A DNA stretch of 64,000 bases, taken from positions 3,821,909-3,885,908 of the forward strand of contig CM074804.1 of NCBI GenBank assembly GCA_037447605.1, given 5' to 3'. This document shows positions 38,001 to 49,409 of this stretch, piece after piece. The stretch comes from Zygnema circumcarinatum SAG 698-1b. Lineage: Eukaryota; Plantae; Zygnematophyceae. The position numbers were made by a program, and so were the translations under genes. The notes under the pieces are model-generated. The model did not search any database and was not told the DNA's origin. It worked only from the letters and a program-made list of their open reading frames with translations. Numbering within the stretch: the first letter of the stretch is position 1; each line of letters starts with the position of its first letter.

Positions 38001-38449
38001 GGACCAACGCGCGTTGGAGAATGGCCTTTATGACTTCGCGAATGAGGAGAAGCTGCGCTTGGAGCAGAAGCAACGACGGGTACTTGGTCCATCCAGAAAA
38101 TTGCCCCCATTGGAAAGGGTGGGGTCGGCATGGCTCCATTCCTTTTTAACTTTTTGTGCCTCAGAGAATTCGGGGGGATACAATCTCTGGCTGGTAAAGT
38201 ATGCCGAAATAGTCTTCTGCCACTCAATTGGTTTGGGGATATGGGTTGTTGCAGGCGAGAAAGGAGCAGGAGGCAGGTTGGCACCCTCGGTGGTTTGCCC
38301 TCCAAGAGGGAGGCGCGGAAGGCTGTTGGCGCTACAAGGGAGGCTACTGGGAGCAGCGGGAGAAGCGCGATTGGTCGGGGGTCCCTGAAATCTACGGACC
38401 CTCTACCGCTCCGGGGGACGAAAAGGATGTCGCGTCGGGCAAACGCTAA
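32070..38449 (+). CDS. Oxysterol-binding protein-related protein, plant ORP1/2 type (PH domain + OSBP ligand-binding domain), about 12 exons
   Basis: PH: [22 protein letters not shown]|GVISYYK...GKVHLQ|[43 protein letters not shown]: [51 protein letters not shown]; [12 protein letters not shown]; SEK|VSHHP; [18 protein letters not shown]; [10 protein letters not shown]; [11 protein letters not shown]. Confidence 0.96.
34152..34178. repeat. Interstitial telomere-like (CCCTAAAAA)3 in the long third intron of ORP
   Basis: Three exact 9-nt units, read directly. Confidence 0.6.
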
Positions 38450-39339
38450 CGTCCTCTGTTTGGGCTACATGGGGACTTTCAGGGGAACAACTCTCAGTTC
38501 TCTCTGCTGCATTTCCTGTGTATAGGTCGGCTACATGCGGGGACTGCTTTGAAACCTTTTTTTGGGGTTCAGTTTTGTGCGGTTCGTGCTTGAGGTTAGA
38601 GGGTACAACCTCGCTTTTGAAAATGCCGTAGTGTACAGATGGTAATGATGCTTTGCAGGGTATAGGCCGCCACATTTTGTATGCTTTGGAAAAGCAACGC
38701 AATGCAATTATGTGCAGTTGCAATCAGTGGTTGTTGCTGGCGTGCACATTCGTGTATGTTGTTGCAGAGGGCAGTAAAGCAGTGGGCGGTTTTTAAGAAT
38801 CTTCAATGGATATGGGCAATTGAACAGGTGAAAAATGAACTCTAATGTTCAGATGCTAAATCGTTTCTGTATCTAACACAGAAAAGCAAATAGTGGAATG
38901 CATTACCTGCTTTATATTCTTTAAACAAGGTCTGGCTGTTGAGAAAGGTATGGATATGCAAAGATGGGGAACCATATATAGTGTACTTGGATGCAATTTC
39001 ATCTAACAAAAAGGCGTCGTGCGTAAGGAGACATCACATTGTGTTAAAAGATACTTGCACTGGCCTCGCCACCAAGTCCGAAAGGGACACAAACAAGACA
39101 CATGAAGAGACGAAAGGCCCACTGGTCGGGTCGGTCCGAAGGCCGGGAGTGCTGCAAGCCCCAACCCGCCCCAGCCAGCCCCCGCCACTCCTGCTGCAGG
39201 TCCCGGCGGGCGCCCCCTCCCGCCCGCGCACAGCGACAGAGACAGAGCGCGCGCACGAAGCGGAAAAAAAATTCGCCGATTTCTTGAAACTGAGGTTGAA
39301 CTGCGTGTAACTGTGAAACTGGGACATGGAACGCGCACT

Positions 39340-39347
39340 TTTCCCGC
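39340..39347 (+). promoter_or_regulatory. E2F-binding site TTTCCCGC upstream of CDC6
   Basis: Exact consensus about 430 bp upstream of the predicted ATG, in the GC-rich promoter. Plant and animal CDC6 promoters are established E2F targets. Confidence 0.65.
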
Positions 39348-39779
39348 CCTCCGCCCAAATCGAAACGGCCGCAAATGTTCCCGCGCTCGCCGCCTCCCTC
39401 CCTCCCTCCCTCAGTCAGGCCATTTACCTCCCTCCCTCCCTCCGCCAGGCCGGGGTGAGCTGGACTCGGACCTCGCTCTGCTGGTACATTTTCTTCTACT
39501 CATTTCACGCTCTTTCCCCCCTTGGTCTTGTCGTCCGTTGCCGTGTTGCTGCGCTAACTCTGCGAGCGGCCAGACAGGGTGTGGGGAAATGTTGATGCTT
39601 GGAAAGGAAACTTGAAGAGTCTTCTTTATAGAATAGGGCGACAGGTCATCGATGCAATCTTCTCCAACAAGGTGACATGATGAAGTCTTGAGCTCCTCGG
39701 CGAGCACCGTTACCAGAGGCTCGCTGCACGTTGGAGGCCAGCACATATAGACATCGCATTATCTGCATTTAGGGATACA

Positions 39780-42700
39780 ATGATGAAGTTAGAAATGCCA
39801 ATCTCATCGAAGGTGATTCCCGTTCCTTTAGTAAACTCCGCCACAAGGAAGAGACAACGGCAGACGGAGAATGATGACGATGTCCAGAACCAAATGATCC
39901 GACCAGCGCCTCTCGGGGAAAGGAATGTGAAACGGCAGCTCTGGAATTCCAGAGGTTTGTGCATTCACCCTATTCTTTCTTTCGGCAGTCCATTTTTTTC
40001 CGCAGAGACCCACCTGGGGAAGAGTCATACAGTAATTCGTGCTGTCCTTTCTCTCTCCACCTCAGAAAATTGAAGTTATCCTGTGTCCAAACCCGCTAAA
40101 ACTCAATGCTTGCCTGTTGAAAGCTTTATTAAATAGGCATAAGGTTTGGAAGGTGGCTTAGCAGGTGGTGATGCTCTGCAGTCGGTGAAGGAGGCACTTC
40201 ATATTTCAGCTGTACCAGAACAGGTCCTTTGTCGAACTGCACAACAAGAGCGTATTGCTGAATTTTGTAAAAGGTGCATAGAGGAAGGGACTTCTGGCAG
40301 CCTCTATGTGTGCGGGTGCCCTGGCACGGGAAAGTCCATCACTATGCGTGGATTAAAGAAGCAGGCGAAAGAATGGCTTAAAGAGGTGCGAAGAAGTCTT
40401 GGACCAAAGATTGCAGTGTGCGCAATTTGTACCTTTACATGTGCAGGGAAACTGCGGTTTTTGTTTGCTGACTTGCTGGCACGTTCGAGTTAGCCCTTCT
40501 GTTTGGACTCTCGTTGCTGCATTCTGATGATCTTAAAATTTTCAATGCAGTCTGGAGGCGTGCTCGATGTGGTGGAAATCAACTGCATGACGCTGAGCGA
40601 TCCACATCAGATATTTCAAAAAGTAAATATTCTTCATTGTACTCAACTATAACTAGTGACGCCAGTCCTCTTATTCCAGAAGGCGTTAATTTCAATAGCT
40701 ACTACGGCAGTCCGCTTATTCCAGAAGGCGTTAATTTCAATAGCTATTTAAACAAAAGCCCTATATTATCTTGAATGCCTGCACCAATTCTCTACCCTGG
40801 TCTTTTTTCCCTTGTATCCTTGTCTCGCTGATCAATCTCGTTCTGCAACTGTTGTGAGATCACGAGGGTATTAACTTGTGGATGGATGGATGGATGGATG
40901 GATCTCCATGGATGTTTGGAAGGTGCTGCCGTTAACGGTGGACCGTTGTTGTCTGCAGATTCTTGACAGCTTAGCTGAGCAGGGACAACAAGCACATACC
41001 ACTACAAAAAACAAGGCCATAGCCTTGCAGGAGCTAAAGAACCTCATGAAGTCTTCAGCAAATGACAAGGAGCAAAAGCATTTAGTGTAAGTGAATGTGA
41101 CTTTCTCTCATAAGGAGTAGAGTTATTCTACTAGCTGTTCTGCGTCTTGGCTTTTTATGTGAAGCGACAGTAGGTCGTAGAAGAGCAGGCGAGCTCTATA
41201 GTAGGGTGAGATATCATTTATCTTTTATTTACGAAGAGCTCTTCAGGAACATCGCTGGCCTTCTGCTACTATTCTGCAACTTGGAATATACTTGCATTAT
41301 GGTGGGTCTTTAATTTGCTGACTCTTTGTTGTGGCAGCCTCATCATCGTGGATGAGATGGATCACTTGATGACAAGGGATTGCTCCGTTCTTTATCAGAT
41401 GTTCCTCCTGCCCACAATTCCAGACTCCCGCTGCATTCTAATTGGTGCGTATAGACAGTCAAATTTTATGCATCCTTTTTTAGCCCATTAGACTGGTGGC
41501 GTTCTTCACCGGTACAAGAGCTAGTTGCAGACATCGATAAAACATTGATCATCGCAAGTCTCACTTGACTACAAGCCGTGTCATATGAGGATGTAAGCCT
41601 CATGCTGTTCTTGCCTGGGAGCTCCTATGTTGCAGGCATTGCAAACGCAATTGACTTGACTGATCGCTTCTTGCCAACCCTTAAAACTCTCAATTGTGAG
41701 TTAACCTGCGTACACCTGCCGATTCTGGTTAAATAGGTGGCGAAAACTGAATGTTTTTCCAGAGTGCTAAGTAAATGTACAGACTTAGGACTTATGGACT
41801 TAGGCCCATAAGGAGAAGGTACAATACAGAATAGTTTATGTACTGAGCAGATAGCTCAGGCACTGTTTCAGGTCTCGTGCTGAGAGTTGAGTGCAATGCA
41901 TCGAGTTGAACCTTCCATCTGGCTCGTCGGATAGGAGGTTACCAGAGGTGCTTGCTCCCATGTATTCCAAACCACTCAATGACTTTAACCCAACTAAAGA
42001 GTGGGTGCATGAGGTGCAGGCAATCCTGAAACTGTTGCCTTCCCCGCGTATAACAAGGAGCAGGTGTTGGCCATCCTTCAACAACGGTTGCAAGTAAGCT
42101 AAAGAGCCCTACAACCCTTGGATCTTATCCAGTGAAGTCTGAACATCCATTCTAAGAGGCAACGATCTGGCGAAGGTGTCAGACTATACGGAACAATCGA
42201 TTTTTTGTTTTGACAGGCTTAACTCCGCCCTTGCCGTTTTCCCTTTGAAATTGATAGCCGTCAGTTACCTCCAAAATTAGTATCGCAGGACTATACAGAC
42301 CACCAACCAATGTACGGCATGTGACAGTCATAAGAACCAATAGCATTGCTGGGTGACACACTGAAGCAATCTTTAAGTAATCATTATGGTTGATTTTTTT
42401 TTTTTTTTTGATTTTTTTTTTGACTTCATTCTTGATGACAGGGATTGGAACACAATGTTTTTGAACCTCGAGCTTTGGAGCTCTGCGCTCGAGTAAGTAT
42501 TTGAAGAAGTACTAGACCCGAAGGTCCAGGAAGGTGAACTGCTGTATTGTTTGGTGCAATGACAAATGATGATTTCACGAGGATTGCCTTTGTATTTACT
42601 ATGAGCAAAAGTTAGTATGTGTTGCCAAATGATTTGACTAATTGACGATCGTGCTGTTGTTGCCTGTTGACAGAAAGTGGCTGCTAGCTCTGGAGATATG

Positions 42701-45018
42701 CGCATTGCTCTTGATGTCTGTAGGTCAGAGCTCAACCCTCTAAGCTTGTCTTGTCAACCACGTGCACCTTCAAAGTAGTGGCTTTGGCGGGGAGGAGAGG
42801 CACTTGTCACCTTCTCCAATTAAAAACCCAGCAACATAAGGAGCTGTCGTGGCTAGTTTTATCTGGTGGTTATCTGCCTTTTTCGGAAACCACAGCTCCT
42901 GCCTCTGCTCACGCTGTTTGTTGTTATTGGGCTGCAGGACTGCGTTAGGAGTTGCAGAATCGGAAAAAGCGGTATCTCCGTTGAAAGAAGACAACTGCTC
43001 TCGAGACATTACACCATGCGGCAACACAGTGTTTGAGCAGCATCCAGGATCTGCCCGACCCCTCCTAGTGAGTGCTAGACAGCTATTGTTTTGGCTTGTC
43101 ATCCTGTCGTCGGTTCCGTCCAGTATAGCAGTGCCTCTTTCACATATTCATCATGGCAAGGCGATGTTTCAATGGATGCCAGTACACCCTTGAACAAAAA
43201 CAGCTGACCTGTCAGAAAGACGACTTGAGAAGCTTGAGAGTGCTTATGCAGTATACACTACAGCTGAAAGCACATGCAAGCGTAGGTGGTGCTCCTTGTA
43301 GATTTTTTTTTTTTTTTAAGCAAGATGCCTCCCGCGTAGGACGTGCACGTTTCCCTGCCCTCTGCACCTGGAGCCACTCAAAATAGAGCTCCGGCAGGTC
43401 CTAAAGCTATTTTCATTAGAATTTGTACGAATTGGTTGAGATCACTTGATGTTGACACAATACTTATGCGGATGATACTTACTGCAGATACGAGTTGACC
43501 ATATGGCTCAAGCATTGTCAGGGAGCTTCAAGTCTCCTGTCATTGAGACGATACGTGCTTTGCCTCAGCACCAGCAGGTGCGCAGACCAAGAATGGCATG
43601 CTATACAGATTTCTTGACGATAAAGCCATCAATTTGGTTGTTTTTCACTATCAAAATAGTAAGGCATTGTAGGTGAGAAGTTGGGGGAGACCGCTGGTCC
43701 TTGAGCTGATAGACACGCTCTATCCATGTGATCAAGTTCATAGGGAGTTCACCTCTCCCAGTTGTTTGTTTGCAGATGGTGCTCTGTTCAGCCGTGCATT
43801 TATTCCGTCAGGGAAAAAAGGACGGTAACCTTGGAAAGGTGAGAAACATATTCCCAGTAAAAGCCATGGCTATGGCCATCGTGCATCTTCCTAGCTAAAC
43901 AATTACTGATATTGAACCTGATCAAACAAAATCTGCTTGTTCAGTGAACGGAAGTAAATAAAACTTGCATTCGGCAGAGGAAGCATTGAATCTAGGAGAG
44001 CAAAAATCTAAGCGGACAAGTTGAAATCTCGTGTTGCTGTGCAGTTGAGTGAAGCTTATTTCAGTCTGTGCAAAAAGGCGGCAATGCGATCATTAACAGC
44101 GGCAGAATTTTCCGGGATGTGCACAGTGCTGGCCGATCAGGTTTGTTCTAACTCACATGAAATGGGGGAAATTGTGTAAAAAAGCTGTCCCGTAGCAATT
44201 CTCAGCGAAACGCAGTCGAGACTGACCGGTGAAGTAGACTTGAGTTGTCACAAAAGCAGCACCTCCAGCTGTGCTTACCAAGTAAATGGTTGGGCTGCCC
44301 ATTGGGTCGGCAGGCTTTAATCGGCATCGGAGGCGGACGGCAGGAGCGGCTCCGACGGGTTACGCTGAAGGTGCCGGAGGAAGATGTGGTGTTCGCCCTT
44401 CAAGTATGTGCCCTACCTCAAATGGCTCTAGCAAATCATAAAGTTGCAATATCAAAAACCAAAAACTGTGGCCATATAGACACTGCAAAAGGGGATGGTC
44501 CCCAACTCTTTGTTTTTCTTCACTTTCATTTCTCCAAGTCCATGGTAATTTCTCACTAAAATCTAATTAGTATACAGTCGAAGGAAATGTTACGAGTGCA
44601 CGCTATTCAGGATCAGCTTGTTATGATGGAAGAAACGCATCTAGAGAACTAAGTAGAGGGTGAGAAATCCTGCTACATTTTCCTGATCATGATCAAAGTG
44701 TAACCAACAAATAAGGTTTCTAAATGGCCTCCATCCATTTTCGCCTTGAAAAAAACTAGAGAGCCATCAACAAGCCTACTAGCCAAGAATTCTCTTCCAG
44801 AAATCCTGCGAACATAGCGCTCCCCGTGCCTTTCCCTTTCAGTGCATCTAGTTTCCAGCAGATGGTGTGATATCCAGCATGATGCTCACACTTTTTCTGT
44901 CTGCTGCAAAGTGCTCCAAGACTCTGACTCTGACGTTGTTCTTTTTCTACAGGGAGTGCGTTTCTTCAAAAACATCCTCCAAGAAGGCGATAAGCTTGCC
45001 CTTGACTGCTCCAAGTGA
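39780..45018 (+). CDS. CDC6: Cell division control protein 6 (replication-licensing AAA+ ATPase), about 15 exons; start codon approximate
   Basis: LWNSR|GGDALQSVKEALHISAVPEQVLCR...GSLYVCGCPGTGKS (Walker A); INCMTL; LIIVDEMDHL (Walker B); IG|IANAIDLTDRFLP; FPAYNKEQVLAILQQRL; ALELCAR|KVAASSGDMRIALDVC; winged-helix IRALPQHQQ|MVLCSAV...EFSGMCTVLADQ; stop TGA at 45016-45018. Confidence 0.97.
40663..40746. repeat. 45-bp tandem duplication in a CDC6 intron
   Basis: CAGTCC(T/G)CTTATTCCAGAAGGCGTTAATTTCAATAGCTA occurs at 40663 and 40708. Confidence 0.85.
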
Positions 45019-46002
45019 GGCGTCAAGGCCTGCTCCGTGCTCAGCCCAACTTCAAATCAGGCCCCTTAGGTTTTAAAGATATTTCTTGGAGCTCCTTCAG
45101 CGGGGCCGACAGCTTCACAGTGAAACCCTCCCCTGAACGGAGAGGGCAGCCACTCGCCCTCCGCAGAGCGCTGGAGCTCCACCCATCCTCCAGAAGCCTT
45201 GTTCCCCTTGTTCCCCTTGTCCCTCCTCATCCGAAGACTTCAAACTCTCAGTCAGCTCATAGGGAACACAGCCTGTCTCCATAGTCTAACGAGACAAAAG
45301 GTCTGCTGTAGACTCTCCAAAGTTTTTGCCCATGTTCTCAGTCTGTAGGATAACATGAGATACCTGTATTCCTTGTGAACTCGGAACTGAATTGAAGCAA
45401 GTTATGTCATGAACTAAATATATTGGGAAAAAAATAAATGGAATATTTCTCCATCTCAACAAACGTGCAATGAGAGAGTGACAGGTAGCTGGGACGTTGC
45501 GGCCTGCAATTACCCGGCATTGTGGGGGAAGGGGAGGAAGTGGGAGAGAGAGAGAGGGGGGAAGAGAAGGATAAGAAGATAAAGGAGCGGAGATATGCTT
45601 GGGTGGGAGAGGGTGAGGGCGAGAGGTAGAAGGCAACCGGATTGGAGGGGGTGAGATGGAGAAGCGAAGCCCGGTCGTTCCATTACCGCAAAATCAAACA
45701 GGTTAAAGAAGAAAGGAATTCCTCATTTCTCGCTTAACTTCAAGGACTTTCTAACTTGTTAAGCAAGAGAGTAAAGCTTTCTGGCTGGTGCAAAGCCATC
45801 TCGGATAACTGCCTTCTGTCTAGTCTGATTGCGCGAAAGTAAAATATCTTTTAAAACCCGATCCTCAAAAGAAAAAGAGAAATTAATTTCTACAGTTTTG
45901 GCTCAATACGAATTTTATACGAACCCAGTTGAGCATCGAACAATCAACTACCAGTCGTGTTCATTTAGATTCCCTTGCATCCGCGGTACAACAATAAAAT
46001 CT

Positions 46003-46691
46003 GGAAAATGATACCCCCCCCCCTTGGGTTATCCCGCCCCTTCTTTTTGAAATCCCGCCCTCCCATTTTGGCTATTCCCCGCCCCCGATATGTATTCTGG
46101 CAGGCTGGCTCCAGCAATGTAGATCTGTACTCTAGACCCTACGTTAGACGCTTAGGTGTAACTAGTTTGGCAGCTTGTAGGCTTTAAATGCGCAGACACT
46201 TTGTCGAGTTTTTCTATATTTAGGAACTTTTTATTCTCTTTTTATTCTCTTTTTATTCTTTTCTTTCGGTGGGTGTGAAGCTCTGTGATGATGTAATGGT
46301 TGGCCTGCTTTCTTCCTTTCTCTTTCTCCCTCTCTCTCCTCTGCTCTCACTCCTCTACTCTCTCTCTCCTCTGCTCTCTTTCTCTCTCCTCTGCTCTCTC
46401 TCTCTCCTCTGCTCTCTGCTCTCTCTCTATCTCCCCTCTGCTCTCTGCTCTCTCTCTATCTCCCCTCTGCTCTCTCTCTCTCTCTCCCCTCTGCTCTGCT
46501 CTCTCTCTCTGCGAATGTGACTTTACGGACGTTGCGCTGATGTATGAAAGGAGAAAACAGGGGGGTGAATATCCAAAATGGGGAAGGGCGGGATATCCAA
46601 AACACAGGGCGGAATAGCCAAACTGGGAGGGCGGGATTTCAAAAAAAATGGGGCGGTATAACCCAAAAGGGGGGACGAAGTATCATTTTCC
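46003..46691. mobile_element. Mutator-like MITE (689 bp) with a CT-rich interior
   Basis: About 85-bp TIRs beginning GGAAAATGATAC...TTGGGTTAT.CCGCCCC...TTTTTGAAATCCCGCCCTCCCA.TTTGGCTATTCC (46003-46086 / 46607-46691); direct repeat TAAAATCT on both flanks (45995-46002, 46692-46699); (CTCT/CTG)n at about 46310-46510. Confidence 0.85.
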
Positions 46692-47728
46692 TAAAATCTT
46701 GGCAGGTCGCGCCATCAAACATTTTCATTGCCCGTCCGTCATGCGGCGGCCACAGTTGTGGCTGCACGCGAAGGGCTTGGGCTGTGCTCGGTCGAGGTCG
46801 AGCGCGGGCGCGGAAGGGGACGGCGGCGGGCGGGGCATGCATGCGCGGCTTGGCTTTGGGCGGGATGATGGCCATCAGCGTGAAGAAGCTTCAACATGGG
46901 ACTTCATGTCGCAGTTGTACCATGTTGATGTTGCATGTGGTGTCACCGGGACTTGTACTGAGGTGTCACCGGGACGTGTACTGACTGTAAAGGGAGGGGA
47001 GGGGGGAGGGGGGAGGGGGGAGGGTAAGCAGACTCAGTGCCCGCTGGCAGTGAATCCCTACGGTAGTGAGTCCCAGTGAGGACTCTGCCACTGAAAAAGG
47101 TGAAAAGTTGAGCAAGGGTTGCTGTATTGACTTTACAAAAAGGCTTAAACGTTTTTTTGTCATATTGTTCAAAAACGATTCCGACCTCTAGTGTTCAATG
47201 TTATACCGTCTTGAATTAGTTTGATAGTTGAAAAATTACAAATACAAAAAAGTAAAAAAATGTTCAATTCCTCGACTAGTTTCGTGTTATAGTAGGGCAT
47301 GTCGAGGCCTAACAAAATCGAACGGAAGGTGTTTCGTCAGCAGTGTCTCGAATAGGAGTTTTTTCACGGAGTACAGTAATCCGTGTAAGTTCATCTGCTG
47401 TAGCAAGAGGTCCCCGTCTCTTGCCCTAACTATCTCTCTCTATAGTGTAGTGCTAGTTTTGAACGAGCTTCAAGAGCTCGCTAATGCCCCTCAGCTCCCC
47501 CCGTCGAACCCTTAAACTAGCGTCAAGGAACTGGGAGCACAACAACCACTGGCGAGGCGCCACGTGGCGTCAAATCCCCGGAGGCCCAGAGATCATCAGA
47601 GGCCCGTCCGTCCGCCAGCCTTGACGAACGCGTACCGTACACGTGCACGGTGCCATATAGACCGTACGATGTGGTACCGCATGATAGGGCACATGGTGCG
47701 CGGAGCACCATGGTGGGCGTAGCAACCG

Positions 47729-48565
47729 CTACATCATCCGCAACCTCTCCTGCAAAGCCAAAGGGACTTCAACGACTACCTCTCGAGGGACCAGGCCCCG
47801 CCGCACAAGTTCTTCAGACTCTATCCGCGGATTCTCCTCCACTGCTAGCTTCAAAGCCCTTGCTATATCAGTGACGTCCTGAATGTCCAAAACCCATTCA
47901 TTCACCCATACCCTAATAAGCTCTGGCGGTATTCCAACCTGAATGCTCCTGTTCGGCAATTTTTCGAGCGATGGAGATCTCTCCGGATCCCATTGCACCT
48001 TGACAGCCCCTCTCTCCTCCTTGCTACTAGATCTCACGCCGGAGGTCGTAAACTCCGCCCGCTCCAGCAGCCCTAGAAAATGGCAGCGCTTCATTCTGAT
48101 AGCCAGAATTCGGGCCTGTCCCGCGTCCTTAAAGGAGTAGCCGGAGCGGTACATCATCCAGCACCAGCTGGGCTTGATCCAAGTCATGCGCTTCAGACTG
48201 AAGGCGGGCGAGGCGTCCAGCCTCTGCCTGGCTACCGCCGCCTCCCCTATCTCCGCCGAGTACGCCTGGTACACCGTCACGCTCTCGCCGTCGCACAGCG
48301 CGCGGACCTGCCACACTCCTCAAACTTAAAATCACGCAGGATGGAGCCTCATGGTGGCAACTCTAAACAAATGGTGCCGTCCGTTCACAAGACACTTCGA
48401 AAGCTAATGATTCAACTGACTCCTGAAAATACAGAAATGCTTCTTCAACCAGGACATGCTTGCCACGTGGCACATAGCAAATTTCTGGCTCATCAAACAT
48501 GCAGCAATGCAGCAGGCTGAGAGCACCTGTCGCCCTGCCTCCCTGCCGGGGCCGAGACCAGCCAT
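47729..48565 (-). CDS. DUF4291 family protein (function unknown); 2 exons: 48565-48527 and 48307-47729
   Basis: MAGLGPGREAGRQ|VRALCDGESVTVYQAYSAEIG...RMTWIKPSWCWMMYRSGYSFKD...QWDPERS...RSIQVGI...EWVLDIQDVT. The VYQAY and RMTW motifs are the hallmark of DUF4291. The splice joins RQ|VRA in frame. Confidence 0.9.
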
Positions 48566-49023
48566 GGCCACAGGGAGGGCCTGTGAGCAGACGCAGGACT
48601 CCCCTCCCTCCCTGGAGGGGACACGGCTCCACGTGGCTCGACCACGAATCACAGCACGTCACGTCACTACATCACCCACGTGGCACGCCGTCATTGCCTC
48701 ATGCTTTTTTTAGGGCTCGATCGGGGGGTGGGGGCACCACGTGGCAGGGCGTGGCGGGCACGCCTGACCGTACGGCGGCCGCTCCCCGTGCCCGGCACGC
48801 CGGGCAGCCCGCGAAAGGAACCGTACGCTCCTCCTCTCGGCCGGGCGCCGCACGACTTTCTATCGGCTGCCCGTGAACCACGGGCAGAACCGACCGACCG
48901 ACCGGAAATGCTGTGCGTGGCGGCCACGCAGCGTCGCCATTGGCCCGCCGGATCGAGCCAGCGGCGGGCGCGAATTGCGAATCGCCACGTGACCCGAGAC
49001 ACGCGGGGAGGCCGCCACGTGGC
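48462..49023. promoter_or_regulatory. Cluster of six ABRE/G-box (CACGTGGC) sites in the DUF4291 intron and the DUF4291/AAC4-like divergent promoter
   Basis: Sites at 48462 (palindromic GCCACGTGGC), 48630, 48677, 48738, 48984 (- strand) and 49014 (palindromic). Confidence 0.6.
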
Positions 49024-49409
49024 AGGACCACCGGCAGCGTGACGCTGGCCGCCATGGCGACCGCAGAGGGCGCATATGCTCCGCTCCGGCCCTCCTCTCC
49101 TCGCGGCGCAATGACTCACGGCGCTGCAGAGCCTCGCTCGCTCTCCCGCTCCCGGGACCGTATAGGCGCTGCGGCACTGTTGCGTGTCGCCGGGCGGAGG
49201 TTGTTAGTCACGGGCATGCGCGCTCGAGGAGGGCTAATAACAATACGTGCTTCTGAAAACGCTGCGCGGTTCTGGAGGGAAGCGAGGTTCCAGCGAGGCA
49301 AAGGAGGGACGGGTATATTCCATTAATTTTTCAAGTGAGGTTTCAACTGATGCGGCTAATAGGTAGCAGGGATAGGAGTAGGACGAGAAGAGGCAAAAGC
49401 AGCGTCTGA

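Noticed and set aside
46533-46550. GTATGAAAGGAGA resembling the 5' end of U6atac snRNA
   Set aside because: Only about 13 nt match, it lies inside a MITE, and the downstream stem-loop and terminator do not follow.
47068-47085. Iron-responsive element (CAGUGA loop)
   Set aside because: Lacks the bulged C five base pairs 5' of the loop, and IRE/IRP control is not established in plants; kept only as a weak structured-RNA note.
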